A DNA stretch of 64,000 nucleotides from a virus (IMGVR_UViG_3300012016_000699:1-64000), one strand, 5' to 3'; shown: positions 1 to 9,293, counted from the first letter of the stretch. Notes: generated from the letters alone by a model not told the origin. Numbers and translations are program-made.

Positions 1-285
1 CTATTTTCCGCATTTCCTTTTGACACTTTCGTACAGTTCGTTCCCTTTGTTCTCAGCAATAAAGGCATCAGCCAGTCTTTTAGTGTTCTCGACCGTCTCG
101 GATTCCATCCAGAGAGGGTCGAAACAGTAGAACTGCCGTTCCTCGTCCTTGATGGAATAAGCCTCGTCGAATCTCATCTTCCTCTGCGTCAGTGCGCAGG
201 CTAACGTGAAAGGGCTCAGCGGCTCCTCCGTCATGACAAGGACGTCCTGCCCTCCGTCATTCACATTCGTTACAAGTATGTTCAT
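1..285 (-). CDS. hypothetical protein
   Basis: ORF; likely start MNILVT overlaps the upstream stop (ATGA). Confidence 0.55.
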   Translation of the reverse strand: MNILVTNVNDGGQDVLVMTEEPLSPFTLACALTQRKMRFDEAYSIKDEERQFYCFDPLWMESETVENTKRLADAFIAENKGNELYESVKRKCGK

Positions 286-746
286 TTCCTTTGGTGTTTG
301 ATTTTCTCGCATATCCTGACGATGGTGGGGAAGTTCTCCGGCTGGATCCACTCCTTGGCCACAAGCCACGTCACATTGTCGGTAAGGGGCTGTCCTTTGA
401 AGGTCTGCTGGTCATCATGGCGTGTCAGCCTGCCCTCCGTCGGCTTGAGGCCTTTGTCATGGAGCTCGCACAGTCCGTTATGGTAGAACGAACACCATCC
501 GTCGCGCTGATTTGCCTGGAGCATGGCGATGGGACTGTCGCACAGGCCCGCAATCTGGCCGACAAGCCATTCCGTAGGACACAGTCTGTCGGCATAGCCG
601 GCATCAACCAGTCGCTCGATATCCTCCGGCGTTCCGAGGCATGGCACATGGCACATCTGCCTGCAGCGTTCACAGCTGCACTCCGTTGGATGACAGTGGG
701 AGATCCGTTCGATACGCTGGAGTACGGTTTCCTGTTCCTTGTTCAT
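282..746 (-). CDS. Cys-rich Zn/Fe-S-chelating protein (YkgJ-like)
   Basis: CSCERCRQMC...PC...CSFYHNGLCELH...KP pattern. Confidence 0.6.
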   Translation of the reverse strand: MNKEQETVLQRIERISHCHPTECSCERCRQMCHVPCLGTPEDIERLVDAGYADRLCPTEWLVGQIAGLCDSPIAMLQANQRDGWCSFYHNGLCELHDKGLKPTEGRLTRHDDQQTFKGQPLTDNVTWLVAKEWIQPENFPTIVRICEKIKHQRK

Positions 747-1360
747 CCTGGATTGTAGTTTTTAAGGACGTACTCGGCCAGCTTCCTCTGGTTCTCCTTG
801 TCGAGCTCGCAGTAGAAGCGGTTCATATTGGCATTGTAGCCGATGAACTTCTTCATGATATGGTCGGCGAAAGGCCCGTCACCCCATATATCCTTGATGA
901 ACTTTGCAGGTTCGGAGAAGTTGTAGCTCCAGTAAACCCATTTACGTATGGCGTCCAGCTCACAGTCACTTGGTTCCTCTTCAAGAGGATTTTCCCCTTC
1001 CATCACACGGACGATATTCTTGAGCCAGTCCAACCAGTCTTCGATATCGTCGTAAAGATCCCGAATATTGTCGAAAGGCACCCCTTTCCCAGGTTTACCG
1101 TTTGGCCACCATATTATGACCTCATTGTCGACATCGAAGCCCTCTACATAATCCTTGAAAGCCTTCTTCCAGTCCTCAGAGACATCTAGGGAGATTATCA
1201 TATCGCCACCTCCGTCAGTGTACGACTCCAGTTCGATTTCCTCTGCATCTTCAACCTCTTCGTTAAATTTGAAGCCGAAGGCATCAAAGAAGTCCTCCCA
1301 TTTGTCGACCTCCACCGCTTTGCGGGCCAGGTCGATCATTTCCTGTGTAATCTGTTTCAT
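743..1360 (-). CDS. hypothetical acidic protein
   Basis: 205-aa ORF with coupled start/stop. Confidence 0.7.
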   Translation of the reverse strand: MKQITQEMIDLARKAVEVDKWEDFFDAFGFKFNEEVEDAEEIELESYTDGGGDMIISLDVSEDWKKAFKDYVEGFDVDNEVIIWWPNGKPGKGVPFDNIRDLYDDIEDWLDWLKNIVRVMEGENPLEEEPSDCELDAIRKWVYWSYNFSEPAKFIKDIWGDGPFADHIMKKFIGYNANMNRFYCELDKENQRKLAEYVLKNYNPG

Positions 1361-1683
1361 TATTCAAGCCATATTATATTGTTTGAAATCTCTTCGTAAC
1401 TTTCCTCCTCCTTCGGGTAGCCAAGCTCCTCGATAGCCTTGCAGAACGCTTTGACAAGATCAGTCTTGCTGCAAGTCTTGAGGTCGTCACCTTTGAAATG
1501 GAGAAGGTGTAGTATAAGAGGAGTGAAGTCCCAGGTACCCTTGTGGATGCCATAGACCTTGACGTGATAGATGGGCATTACCTTTCCGGTCCGCCTCTTC
1601 TCGAAGATGTAGATGTGGTGGTCGCTCAGCATTCCTCGGAATATCTGCAGCATTTCAAACCTGTGTTCGTCTGTCCATACCAT
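1360..1683 (-). CDS. hypothetical protein
   Basis: 107-aa ORF abutting the next gene. Confidence 0.6.
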   Translation of the reverse strand: MVWTDEHRFEMLQIFRGMLSDHHIYIFEKRRTGKVMPIYHVKVYGIHKGTWDFTPLILHLLHFKGDDLKTCSKTDLVKAFCKAIEELGYPKEEESYEEISNNIIWLE

Positions 1684-1838
1684 AGCTCATTCCCTTATAA
1701 TCCCTTCATTTACGAATTTGTCGTAGAGGCCAGCGAGGTCCTCGTCTTTGAGTAGCGGGTTTAGCGCATTGATTATCGGCGTGCTGTCCCACTCATCCTC
1801 CATGAACTGGAGGACTGCCGATGCTTTTTCCTTGTCTG

Positions 1839-2294
1839 TCATATTTCTAACTTTTTGATTTCGTTCTCGTCTGTCAGTACCAGATAGTTTGCCGGAGCTC
1901 TCTCGTCACCGCCGGCGACATCATAAATGCCGTCGAGGTATGCCTGCATCAGCTCCTTGGAGTCGAACTCCTTCTCGATAGGGCTGACATAGTTCTCCTG
2001 ACAGTACTCGTTGAGTGCTTCGATACCGTCGTACTCGTAGATTCTTGCGGCACAGTCGTCATTGATGACGACGGCCTTGAACTTCTTTGGCTCCCTGCCC
2101 TCCAGCTCGTCGATCTGCCTCTGTGCCTCGTCGGCGCAGAACAGGAGAACCATCTTCTTCATTTCGGGATTGCCGATGCCGGACTTTGTCCCGTCTCTCC
2201 ACTGGAAGATGACCACCTCGCAGTCATCCAGCTTGCTCATGTAGTCATCGCGGCATTTCTTGAGGTTCGCGATTTTCTCTCTGTTCTCGTTCAT
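1839..2294 (-). CDS. hypothetical protein
   Basis: 151-aa ORF with AT-rich upstream context. Confidence 0.7.
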   Translation of the reverse strand: MNENREKIANLKKCRDDYMSKLDDCEVVIFQWRDGTKSGIGNPEMKKMVLLFCADEAQRQIDELEGREPKKFKAVVINDDCAARIYEYDGIEALNEYCQENYVSPIEKEFDSKELMQAYLDGIYDVAGGDERAPANYLVLTDENEIKKLEI

Positions 2295-2301
2295 AATATT
2301 C

Positions 2302-2616
2302 TTATGCTAATGATAATTCCTCGATGTGGTCGGACAACAAGGCCGAAAGTTCCTCCAGATATCGCTTGTCTCTCCGAAGCGACTCCTCGGTGCCTGCCGT
2401 GTAGGGACGGTGGGCGTACCAGCTCTTCTTCGCCTCTGCCTCGTGGTTGGTACCGACGGCGCAGGGATAGTCCTTGCGGAACTGTGCGTCGTTGCGCTCC
2501 ATGACCTTCCTCAGCCGTGACTGGGCGACGGCCATTTCACTGTTCAGTCTCTCCTGGTGGGCGTAGGCCTGCTGTAATGTCAGGCCCGCCACCTCTTGCT
2601 TTCTGAGTGTCAACAT
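2302..2616 (-). CDS. hypothetical protein
   Basis: 104-aa ORF in operon. Confidence 0.6.
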   Translation of the reverse strand: MLTLRKQEVAGLTLQQAYAHQERLNSEMAVAQSRLRKVMERNDAQFRKDYPCAVGTNHEAEAKKSWYAHRPYTAGTEESLRRDKRYLEELSALLSDHIEELSLA

Positions 2617-2628
2617 AGTCGTAGGGGT

Positions 2629-2943
2629 TTAATTGTTGTTGAAGTTACGGCCAACCTTGACTTTGATTGCGTGGCGCTCGTCGAAGTGCCAGGCGATGGC
2701 CTTGCCGAGATAAGTGCGGGAAACATTCACCCAGTACCACCCGCAGGCAGCGTCGATCACCTGCAGGGGGTTACGGTGCATCCATGCCTTGGTGGCTGCG
2801 AGGTTCTGCTCTGTGACCACACCGGGATGGCTGATGTAACGGGTAAGGATCTCACGGATGGCCGGATTGTACTGGCAGTGAGCCTCGACGAGCGTGGTCT
2901 GGATGATGACCCGCTTCTGATGTGCTAAGATGAGTCTGTTCAT
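2629..2943 (-). CDS. hypothetical protein (first gene after promoter cassette 1)
   Basis: 104-aa ORF preceded by the conserved CAGAACAG leader. Confidence 0.65.
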   Translation of the reverse strand: MNRLILAHQKRVIIQTTLVEAHCQYNPAIREILTRYISHPGVVTEQNLAATKAWMHRNPLQVIDAACGWYWVNVSRTYLGKAIAWHFDERHAIKVKVGRNFNNN

Positions 2944-2977
2944 AATTACTGTTCTGTTTGAAAAAGGGTCTTGCCCT

Positions 2978-3084
2978 TGATTATTATCTTATTTGCTACT
3001 GCAAAGATACGAAAAAGTAATCAAATATGCAAGTTTTTACGACTTTTTGTTTGCTAAATAACGTTAATCAAATATGCAACCCAG
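2978..3084 (-). promoter_or_regulatory. Repeated early promoter cassette, copy 1
   Basis: Minus strand CTTG-N20-TATCTTTG (Bacteroidetes -33/-7); TAATCAAATATGCAA at 3018 and 3065. Confidence 0.85.
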
Positions 3085-3098
3085 CGACGGCCATAAGC

Positions 3099-3124
3099 AA
3101 AAGGCCGCGAGTTTCCCCACGGCC
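3099..3124 (-). terminator. Intrinsic terminator
   Basis: GGCCGTGGGGAAACTCGCGGCC hairpin followed by T-run on minus strand. Confidence 0.7.
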
Positions 3125-3162
3125 ACAGCCAGGCCAAACAGCTAAAACATAAACTCCCGGCT

Positions 3163-4122
3163 TTACATTAAAAGAGGAAGCCTTGAAAACCGCAGCTCTT
3201 CATAGTTCTTTCTCGCCGATTCCGGCGTATTGTTGGCGTAGCAGTACCGACACCCGTGGGCGCAGGTGTTGTAGTACCCGATATCCTTTGCTGCAGTGCA
3301 AAGGCAACAGTCGCGCTGTCCCTTGTCCTTGCCCATCTTGAGGACGCGCTTGGCGAAGTCATCGTCATTGGTGGCGAAGGACGATATCAGCTGGGCGTCG
3401 ATACAGGCATTGTGCTTGATGCCGAACTCGCTGAGGTCTGCCTTCTCGCTGCAGGTGGCCACCTCAAGGCTCCGCCCGGAAAGCCTGCTCATGAGCTTGT
3501 CGGCGAACTCCCTCTGCTCGTCGGCTGTCAGCTCCCGTGCGCCTGTCCCCCGCAGGTTGTAGCTGACCTTGCGGTAGGAGTTGATATCGGCAAAGCTGAT
3601 GACCAGCTTCGTCGGGAAGGTGTCGAGCCAGGAGTAAGTCTCCACGATTCGCTTCACTATCTCGTCGATGGTCAGCACCCCGTCGATGAGGAAGATGGGA
3701 TCCCACCGCCAGACCTGTCTGCCACGCCCCCACTCCTCCGCGATACGGCGGAAGATGGCGCAGCGCTCCTGGAACGGCGGCAGGTTGGGCTCCATTCCCT
3801 CCTTCTCGTAGTTGTTGAGAGTGTGCTGGAAATAGAAGCGGATGCCCATGTCATAATAAATGCGGCTTAGCATCGGTATCATCGGACCCGGGTTCTTCGA
3901 CCAGAACACTATGAACTTCGTCTTGGCAAAGCTGACATGCTGTGTCTGCTGGCTGAAGGGATTCACCCAGTCGCAGTAGCCTCGCATCAGCCTATTCATC
4001 ATCCAGTCGGCATAGAAGGCGGGGATATCCGTCCGACGGCTCGCGCTGATGATCTCCGGAGCGACGGCCTCGGCTGTGCTCCCGTCATCGAGCGTTATCT
4101 GTATTTTCTCGAACGTGCTCAT
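3163..4122 (-). CDS. DUF1848-family (radical-SAM-like) protein
   Basis: IISASRRTDIPAFY N-terminus, VFWSKNP, WRWDPI, C-terminal DIGxYNTCxHGCxYCYAN. Confidence 0.85.
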   Translation of the reverse strand: MSTFEKIQITLDDGSTAEAVAPEIISASRRTDIPAFYADWMMNRLMRGYCDWVNPFSQQTQHVSFAKTKFIVFWSKNPGPMIPMLSRIYYDMGIRFYFQHTLNNYEKEGMEPNLPPFQERCAIFRRIAEEWGRGRQVWRWDPIFLIDGVLTIDEIVKRIVETYSWLDTFPTKLVISFADINSYRKVSYNLRGTGARELTADEQREFADKLMSRLSGRSLEVATCSEKADLSEFGIKHNACIDAQLISSFATNDDDFAKRVLKMGKDKGQRDCCLCTAAKDIGYYNTCAHGCRYCYANNTPESARKNYEELRFSRLPLLM

Positions 4123-4457
4123 ACGGCTACTGGCATTAGGTCATCATAGACACGGGTGGCACCGCAGAGGGTACGGAGCATCGTGCTCGGCTCCTTCACC
4201 TCTTCGTACGGCGCAATCAGGATGCTGGTATAACCCCATCCGTCGTCGCTCTCGACAGTCTCCGCAGGCACCAGGCCATAGGCTTCCGCAAGCATCCTCA
4301 TGTCATTGACGAGTGGGACGTTCGCACCTGTCAGTGTTGCCAGGAAGTCGCCGTCTACGTCCGGATTCTCGATTCTCACTTCCACTTTGTGGTTTCTTGC
4401 AAGCACACGGAGGTCATGCTCCATCTGCTTCAGAATTTCTTCTCTACTCATATACAA
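4119..4457 (-). CDS. hypothetical protein
   Basis: 112-aa ORF overlapping both neighbours. Confidence 0.65.
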   Translation of the reverse strand: MYMSREEILKQMEHDLRVLARNHKVEVRIENPDVDGDFLATLTGANVPLVNDMRMLAEAYGLVPAETVESDDGWGYTSILIAPYEEVKEPSTMLRTLCGATRVYDDLMPVAV

Positions 4458-4953
4458 ACTCTTTTATGTGATACTTTTCTATTGCAAACTGGGCGCAGCC
4501 CATATTGATAAGCTCCTCCAGATAATGAGCACCTCCGTCGTTGGGTACGTTCAGGTACCACTCCTTAGACTGATGGTCTCGATGGACCTCCCCGTGCAGG
4601 ATGTTCAGCTCGTCAAGCCTTACCATGACCGCCATGAGGATATCGCTCCTGCAGGAACAGATGCGGCACACCTCACGCCTGTCGGGCTGGCTGGAGAACT
4701 CAATGTCCCATCTGGCTTTCATCCACTGAAGCTCCTTGGTGCCCTCCCAGGCCTCCTGCTCCGCCTCTGCGAACTTTTCCATTTCCTCCGGCAGGGTGCC
4801 GTAAGTCACGAGACTCCAGACCACAGTCCCCTTTCGGTCTGCCTTGCCTGTCATCTGATAGACGAACTTGCAATCCTGTGACTGCCAATCCTTGATGATG
4901 GCGTTCACCTCTTCGATCGTGGCCGTGTCCTGGCCGAAAATGTACTTCTTCAT
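4444..4953 (-). CDS. hypothetical protein (first gene after promoter cassette 2)
   Basis: 169-aa ORF with conserved leader. Confidence 0.7.
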   Translation of the reverse strand: MKKYIFGQDTATIEEVNAIIKDWQSQDCKFVYQMTGKADRKGTVVWSLVTYGTLPEEMEKFAEAEQEAWEGTKELQWMKARWDIEFSSQPDRREVCRICSCRSDILMAVMVRLDELNILHGEVHRDHQSKEWYLNVPNDGGAHYLEELINMGCAQFAIEKYHIKEFVYE

Positions 4954-4970
4954 AACGCTGTTCTGCTGAA

Positions 4971-5088
4971 TTGATTATTATCTTATTTGCTACGACAAAG
5001 ATACAAAAAAATAATCAAATATGCAAGTTTTTAAGGTACTTTTTTAAATCGCAATCGTTAAACGCTGTTAATCAAATATGCGAACCAG
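4971..5088 (-). promoter_or_regulatory. Repeated early promoter cassette, copy 2
   Basis: TATCTTTG -7 box at 4996-5003; motif copies at 5012 and 5069. Confidence 0.85.
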
Positions 5089-5107
5089 CGTAGGCCGTCG
5101 TACACAC

Positions 5108-5140
5108 AAAAAAGGATGGAGACGGATCGTCCCCACCCTT
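5108..5140 (-). terminator. Intrinsic terminator after the ParB-like gene
   Basis: AAGGGTGGGGACGATCCGTCTCCATCCTTTTTT on minus strand. Confidence 0.7.
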
Positions 5141-5165
5141 GGTGATAACATGAGAGGAAAGGCGG

Positions 5166-7169
5166 TTATTTCTTACCGCCCTTCTTGTTCTTCTTGCCCT
5201 TCTTCTCCTTGGCAGGCTTGGCCTTCTCCTCAGCAGGAGCGGCTTCCTCTGCAGGAGCCTCGGCAGGTGCTTCCTCGGCAGGTGCTTCCTCAGCAGGTGC
5301 CTCCTCTGGCTGATCGTCTGCAGGTGCCTCGTTCTCTGCGGGAGCGGCTTTGGCCTGTGCCTCCTGCTCCTGGGCTGACTCGGTCTGAACCTCTGCGGCA
5401 TCATCTGGAGCCTCCTCTGCCTCTGCAGGAGCTTCCTCGGCAGGCTTCTCCACCTTTTCCTCGGCCTCGCGCATCTTCTTCACGTCCTTTTTCAAGTCCT
5501 CGATCTTCTTGCGGAGGTTGTCACGCTGCTTGGCATACTTGTCGTCGAGCTCCTTGGTGATGGTTTCCTTGACTTGCGGGAACTGGTCGCTGACGAAGAT
5601 TTCGAGGATGCCTTGTAGGCCCTTGGCGAAATTCACGGACTTCTCGGCAAGGCACTGGCGGATGAACTCACGCTTGATGGCATTGCGGTTCTTCTGCAGC
5701 ACCTCCTTGTAGTTCTTGAGGAAGTCCTTGTCGGTAGTCCATTCCAGTCCGAGCGACTGCTTGAACTCATAGGAGAGGTGCATCAGCATGAGGGCTATGA
5801 GCACATCGTTCTCCGTTGCCCCCATGGCCGTGTTGAGCTTGCCGTAGTCACCCTCCTCGACGGCCTTACGATAGCGCTCAATCTTCTCGTCATGGCGCTT
5901 GTCCGTCAGTTCCGTCAGCTGGGCCTTGTACTTCATCGTCTGTTCCTGCCTCATCTGTCGTGACTCGTTGTTGAGTCCCATCGACTCGTCCTTGATGTTG
6001 TACACGTACTTCTGTTCGCCCGATAGGTGGCCGTTGAAGCAGACCTCATAGACAGGCACGATGTTACCGTCCTTGACGCCGATGTCGAAGATCGCCTTCT
6101 GGTGCGCCCATGTCTGATGGCGCTTGAGGTAGAACTCCTCCTCTGTAAAGTCCTCCCGTTTTGGCTCGACAGGGTTGACCACCGTCTTTCTGATGCCGAT
6201 GGGACTGACCTCCACCTCATGCGCCCGTGCGAATGAGAGGATTTTCTCGTTTTCCTTCTCCGTGCCCGTATAGACGACCTCCGTCCCTGCAGGCTGGTGC
6301 TTCGCCTCGCGGAGGATGTGCTGCACGGTCTTCAGCATGAAGCAGTCACGCTTCATACATCTTGGCGATGCCACGTCTCCCGTACCGGACGGATCGTTGG
6401 CGGTATTGAGCGGACACTTCGCACATGCTGGCAGCATCTCCCCGTCTGCGAATCCGTGGAATGACTCGTCGTTCAGAGGGAACTTTGCTGTCTCGAGCTT
6501 CATCATCACATTGGAGTCTATCATCTCCTTCAGCTCCGGGATGTTCGGGAACTTGTACTTCCATCGGGCGATACACTCCGGTGTGAAGCATGTCTCATAG
6601 AGGACTTTCTGCTGCTCTGGCGGCAGCTTGCTTATCTCAAGAAGATGGGTCAGCACAAGCGGGCCGTTCTGCATGAGGTCAACGAACTCCTGTATGGTGC
6701 CGTTGAGGCGGAGACGGCTGCGGACGAACGTCTCGCTCTTGCCGAGCATCTTGGCCACCTGTATAACCTCCGTACCGAACTCGTTCACGAGGCGGTCGAT
6801 GGCATTGGCCTCCTCCATGGGGTCGACGTCCTTGCGCTGCATGTTCTCAAAAATCATGGCCGTCAGGGCCTGCTTGTCATCGAGGTCTTTGACGATACAG
6901 TCTATCTCCTCGGAGCCTGTCAGCTGTGTGGCACGGTAGCGGCGCTCACCACACACTATCTCATACTTGGCGAACTCCGTCTCCTCATTCTCGCTCTTGA
7001 CCGGACGGACGGTGATGGGCTGCAGCAGGCCGTTCTCCTTGATGGACTCGGCCAGCTCGTTCAGCTCATCGGCATTGAACGTCTTGCGTGGGTTGTTGAT
7101 ACTCGGGACGATGTCCTTCAAAGGGATTCTCCTAACTGTGCCTGCTTCGGCGATTTCATTCTTTTTCAT
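5166..7169 (-). CDS. parB: ParB/RepB/Spo0J family protein with long C-terminus and acidic EEAPA tail
   Basis: NPRKTF...ELAESIKENGLLQPITVRP...IVCGERRYRA, ENMQRKD, HTH region. Confidence 0.85.
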   Translation of the reverse strand: MKKNEIAEAGTVRRIPLKDIVPSINNPRKTFNADELNELAESIKENGLLQPITVRPVKSENEETEFAKYEIVCGERRYRATQLTGSEEIDCIVKDLDDKQALTAMIFENMQRKDVDPMEEANAIDRLVNEFGTEVIQVAKMLGKSETFVRSRLRLNGTIQEFVDLMQNGPLVLTHLLEISKLPPEQQKVLYETCFTPECIARWKYKFPNIPELKEMIDSNVMMKLETAKFPLNDESFHGFADGEMLPACAKCPLNTANDPSGTGDVASPRCMKRDCFMLKTVQHILREAKHQPAGTEVVYTGTEKENEKILSFARAHEVEVSPIGIRKTVVNPVEPKREDFTEEEFYLKRHQTWAHQKAIFDIGVKDGNIVPVYEVCFNGHLSGEQKYVYNIKDESMGLNNESRQMRQEQTMKYKAQLTELTDKRHDEKIERYRKAVEEGDYGKLNTAMGATENDVLIALMLMHLSYEFKQSLGLEWTTDKDFLKNYKEVLQKNRNAIKREFIRQCLAEKSVNFAKGLQGILEIFVSDQFPQVKETITKELDDKYAKQRDNLRKKIEDLKKDVKKMREAEEKVEKPAEEAPAEAEEAPDDAAEVQTESAQEQEAQAKAAPAENEAPADDQPEEAPAEEAPAEEAPAEAPAEEAAPAEEKAKPAKEKKGKKNKKGGKK
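5251..5310 (-). repeat. 15-bp coding tandem repeat (EEAPA)
   Basis: gcaggtgcttcctc(g/a) units repeated within the ParB tail. Confidence 0.7.
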
Positions 7170-7189
7170 AAACTGTTCTTTTATTCGAT

Positions 7190-7228
7190 TGATAACTTAT
7201 TTGCATTGAATGATAACTTATTTGCATT
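7190..7228. repeat. 18-bp direct repeat with 21-bp period upstream of parB
   Basis: tgataacttatttgcatt at 7190-7207 and 7211-7228. Confidence 0.85.
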
Positions 7229-7248
7229 TGATGGAAGAACGGAGAGGC

Positions 7249-7875
7249 CTACGCCTCGTCCATCCAGTCCTTGATCTCCGGCTTGCGCCATGAGTTGAAG
7301 GCGTAGTCGTTGATGAGGTTTTCGTACGATATGGTCATCGGTGAGCCCTCGTCAATCTGTACGTCGACGGACTCCTCGAAATGCTGGCACGGCATGATGA
7401 TTGCCGTGATGTCCTTTGACTCGATGACAGCGGCCGTCGTCTGGTCTGACTTGTAGAGGACGGCCTCCTTGAGCTTCCCTGCCACGTTGAACACGGTGAG
7501 AATTGATACCAGGCTCTTGACCTTGTACGTCTTGTGGAGGATGGAAACCCTGTCATCAGGAGATGAAGTCTCTTTCCTCAGATGGTACTGGCAAGCTGCA
7601 TACAACTCCTTGAGGTCTATGCGGTGCTCATATTCCACCCGCTCCTTGGGGATGACACTCCGATAGTTCGGGTACTTGCCCTCAATTTCCTCGCCAGACA
7701 GATGGATAATCTTCCCATCGAAATTGGTCTTGCCACACTTGTAGACGACGAGCAGGTGTCCGTCACTGCCGACACATTCCCCTTCCTCGTCGAAGTACAC
7801 TCCGTTCATCACTGGTCGCAGCTCGTCGTTGGCCACGACATTGGCGTACATCGCCTTTAAGATTTTCTTGTCCAT
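7249..7875 (-). CDS. DNA polymerase III beta-clamp-like protein (partial clamp fold)
   Basis: DELRPVMNGVYFD, GSDGHLL, EGKYPNYRSVIP resemble DnaN central-domain motifs; about 208 aa, likely start MDKKIL. Confidence 0.65.
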   Translation of the reverse strand: MDKKILKAMYANVVANDELRPVMNGVYFDEEGECVGSDGHLLVVYKCGKTNFDGKIIHLSGEEIEGKYPNYRSVIPKERVEYEHRIDLKELYAACQYHLRKETSSPDDRVSILHKTYKVKSLVSILTVFNVAGKLKEAVLYKSDQTTAAVIESKDITAIIMPCQHFEESVDVQIDEGSPMTISYENLINDYAFNSWRKPEIKDWMDEA

Positions 7876-8138
7876 GTTGAATGAGATTTGAAAAGAATGC
7901 GGGAAAAGCATACCAGGCGGCAACTATTCGTGCAGGACGGATTATCGTCAGCCACATCTTACGATGAGGAAATTTCATGCTGCTTAGTGCAGGCCAAGGG
8001 CCTATGTAGCCATTGTCGTCACTGATGCGCCTCCACCGATCTGCGCAGACTATCAGAAGATTTTTGACCCGCATTCTGTTTCGGTTACACAAATTTGATT
8101 AGATTGAATATACCATATAGAAAGGAAACAAGGCTCCC

Positions 8139-8891
8139 TTAGAGAGCCTTGATGAGGATGCTGCGCTTGTACATCTTCTGCAGCGTTTCCGTCAGCTGCG
8201 CCATTGGCTCCGCCTCTGCGGTGACGATGCCCTTGGTCTTGGCTGTCGCTGTGAATCGGGCTGTCGGCCAGCACTCCACCAGCTGCTTGAATGACGATAC
8301 ATTCAGATTGTCGTTTGCAGCGATGTCGGCATCGACCTCCTCGATGGGCTTGGAGAGGAGGATGCTTGATGCCTCGTAAGGCTCCACGTCTCCACGGTCT
8401 GGAATCTCCGGCAATTCCTCCTCTTTCTTCTCGGGCTTGGTGGGTGTCTCTGCAGGTGCTTCTGTTCCCTGTTCGGGCTGCTCCTCTGCAGGTGCCTCGA
8501 CGCTTTCCTGGTTCTCTACTGCGGGAGCCTGCTGCTCCACGTTCTCGTTCTCTACCTGTGCAGTCTCGGCTGCATCGTTCTTTACTTCTTCCATGTTGTT
8601 TGGATTTTGATTGTTATTACTTGAGTTGACTTGCTTCTCGATAGCCTTGTAGAGCTTGGCCTGCTCCTTGATCGTCAGGTCGTCCCAGCAGATATCGCTG
8701 TTCGACTCGGCGGTGATGTAGACCTCGGTCTCGCTCACTACCTCGATGGCTGCGATCTTGGTCTTGGAACCCTTCTCGCCGACGGTTACTGACTTTCCGA
8801 ATACGAACGGCTCACTGGTTGTGCCCAGGAGATTGATGATTGCAACTCGGATTTCGCTCTCGCTTGTGAAATTTTTCTTTGAAGTTTTCAT
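8139..8891 (-). CDS. hypothetical protein with acidic low-complexity linker
   Basis: 250-aa ORF, first gene after promoter cassette 3. Confidence 0.7.
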   Translation of the reverse strand: MKTSKKNFTSESEIRVAIINLLGTTSEPFVFGKSVTVGEKGSKTKIAAIEVVSETEVYITAESNSDICWDDLTIKEQAKLYKAIEKQVNSSNNNQNPNNMEEVKNDAAETAQVENENVEQQAPAVENQESVEAPAEEQPEQGTEAPAETPTKPEKKEEELPEIPDRGDVEPYEASSILLSKPIEEVDADIAANDNLNVSSFKQLVECWPTARFTATAKTKGIVTAEAEPMAQLTETLQKMYKRSILIKAL

Positions 8892-8912
8892 AACTGTTCT
8901 GTTTTTAAAGAG

Positions 8913-9020
8913 TGATTATTTATCTTATTTGCTACGACAAAGATACAAAGAAATAATCAAATATGCAAGTTTTTACGGGATTATTTTAGTTAAATAGAGT
9001 TAATCAAATATGCAATCCAG
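8913..9020 (-). promoter_or_regulatory. Repeated early promoter cassette, copy 3
   Basis: TATCTTTG at 8938-8945; motif copies at 8954 and 9001. Confidence 0.85.
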
Positions 9021-9052
9021 CACCCCTCGGATCGTTGCCGTGAGGATGCCAT

Positions 9053-9084
9053 AAAAGGCGGGAAGCCTCCCGGCTGCCCACCTT
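9053..9084 (-). terminator. Intrinsic terminator
   Basis: AAGGTGGGCAGCCGGGAGGCTTCCCGCCTTTT on minus strand. Confidence 0.7.
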
Positions 9085-9293
9085 CAAAACGGGACGCTTC
9101 CCGTGTCGTTGTTTAACTATCTTACGAATCTACAAATAGATCTCCGACCGTACGTCGGGGCCTGGCTCGAACTCCTTGGTGATGTCTGCCTGGCCGCAGG
9201 CCTCGGTAAGGCCACACGGCTTGTCGTACGGGTAATACTGGTTCTGCACATGTGCGGTAGCAGAGATGCTCTGCTTTTCTTGAAATTGTTTTC

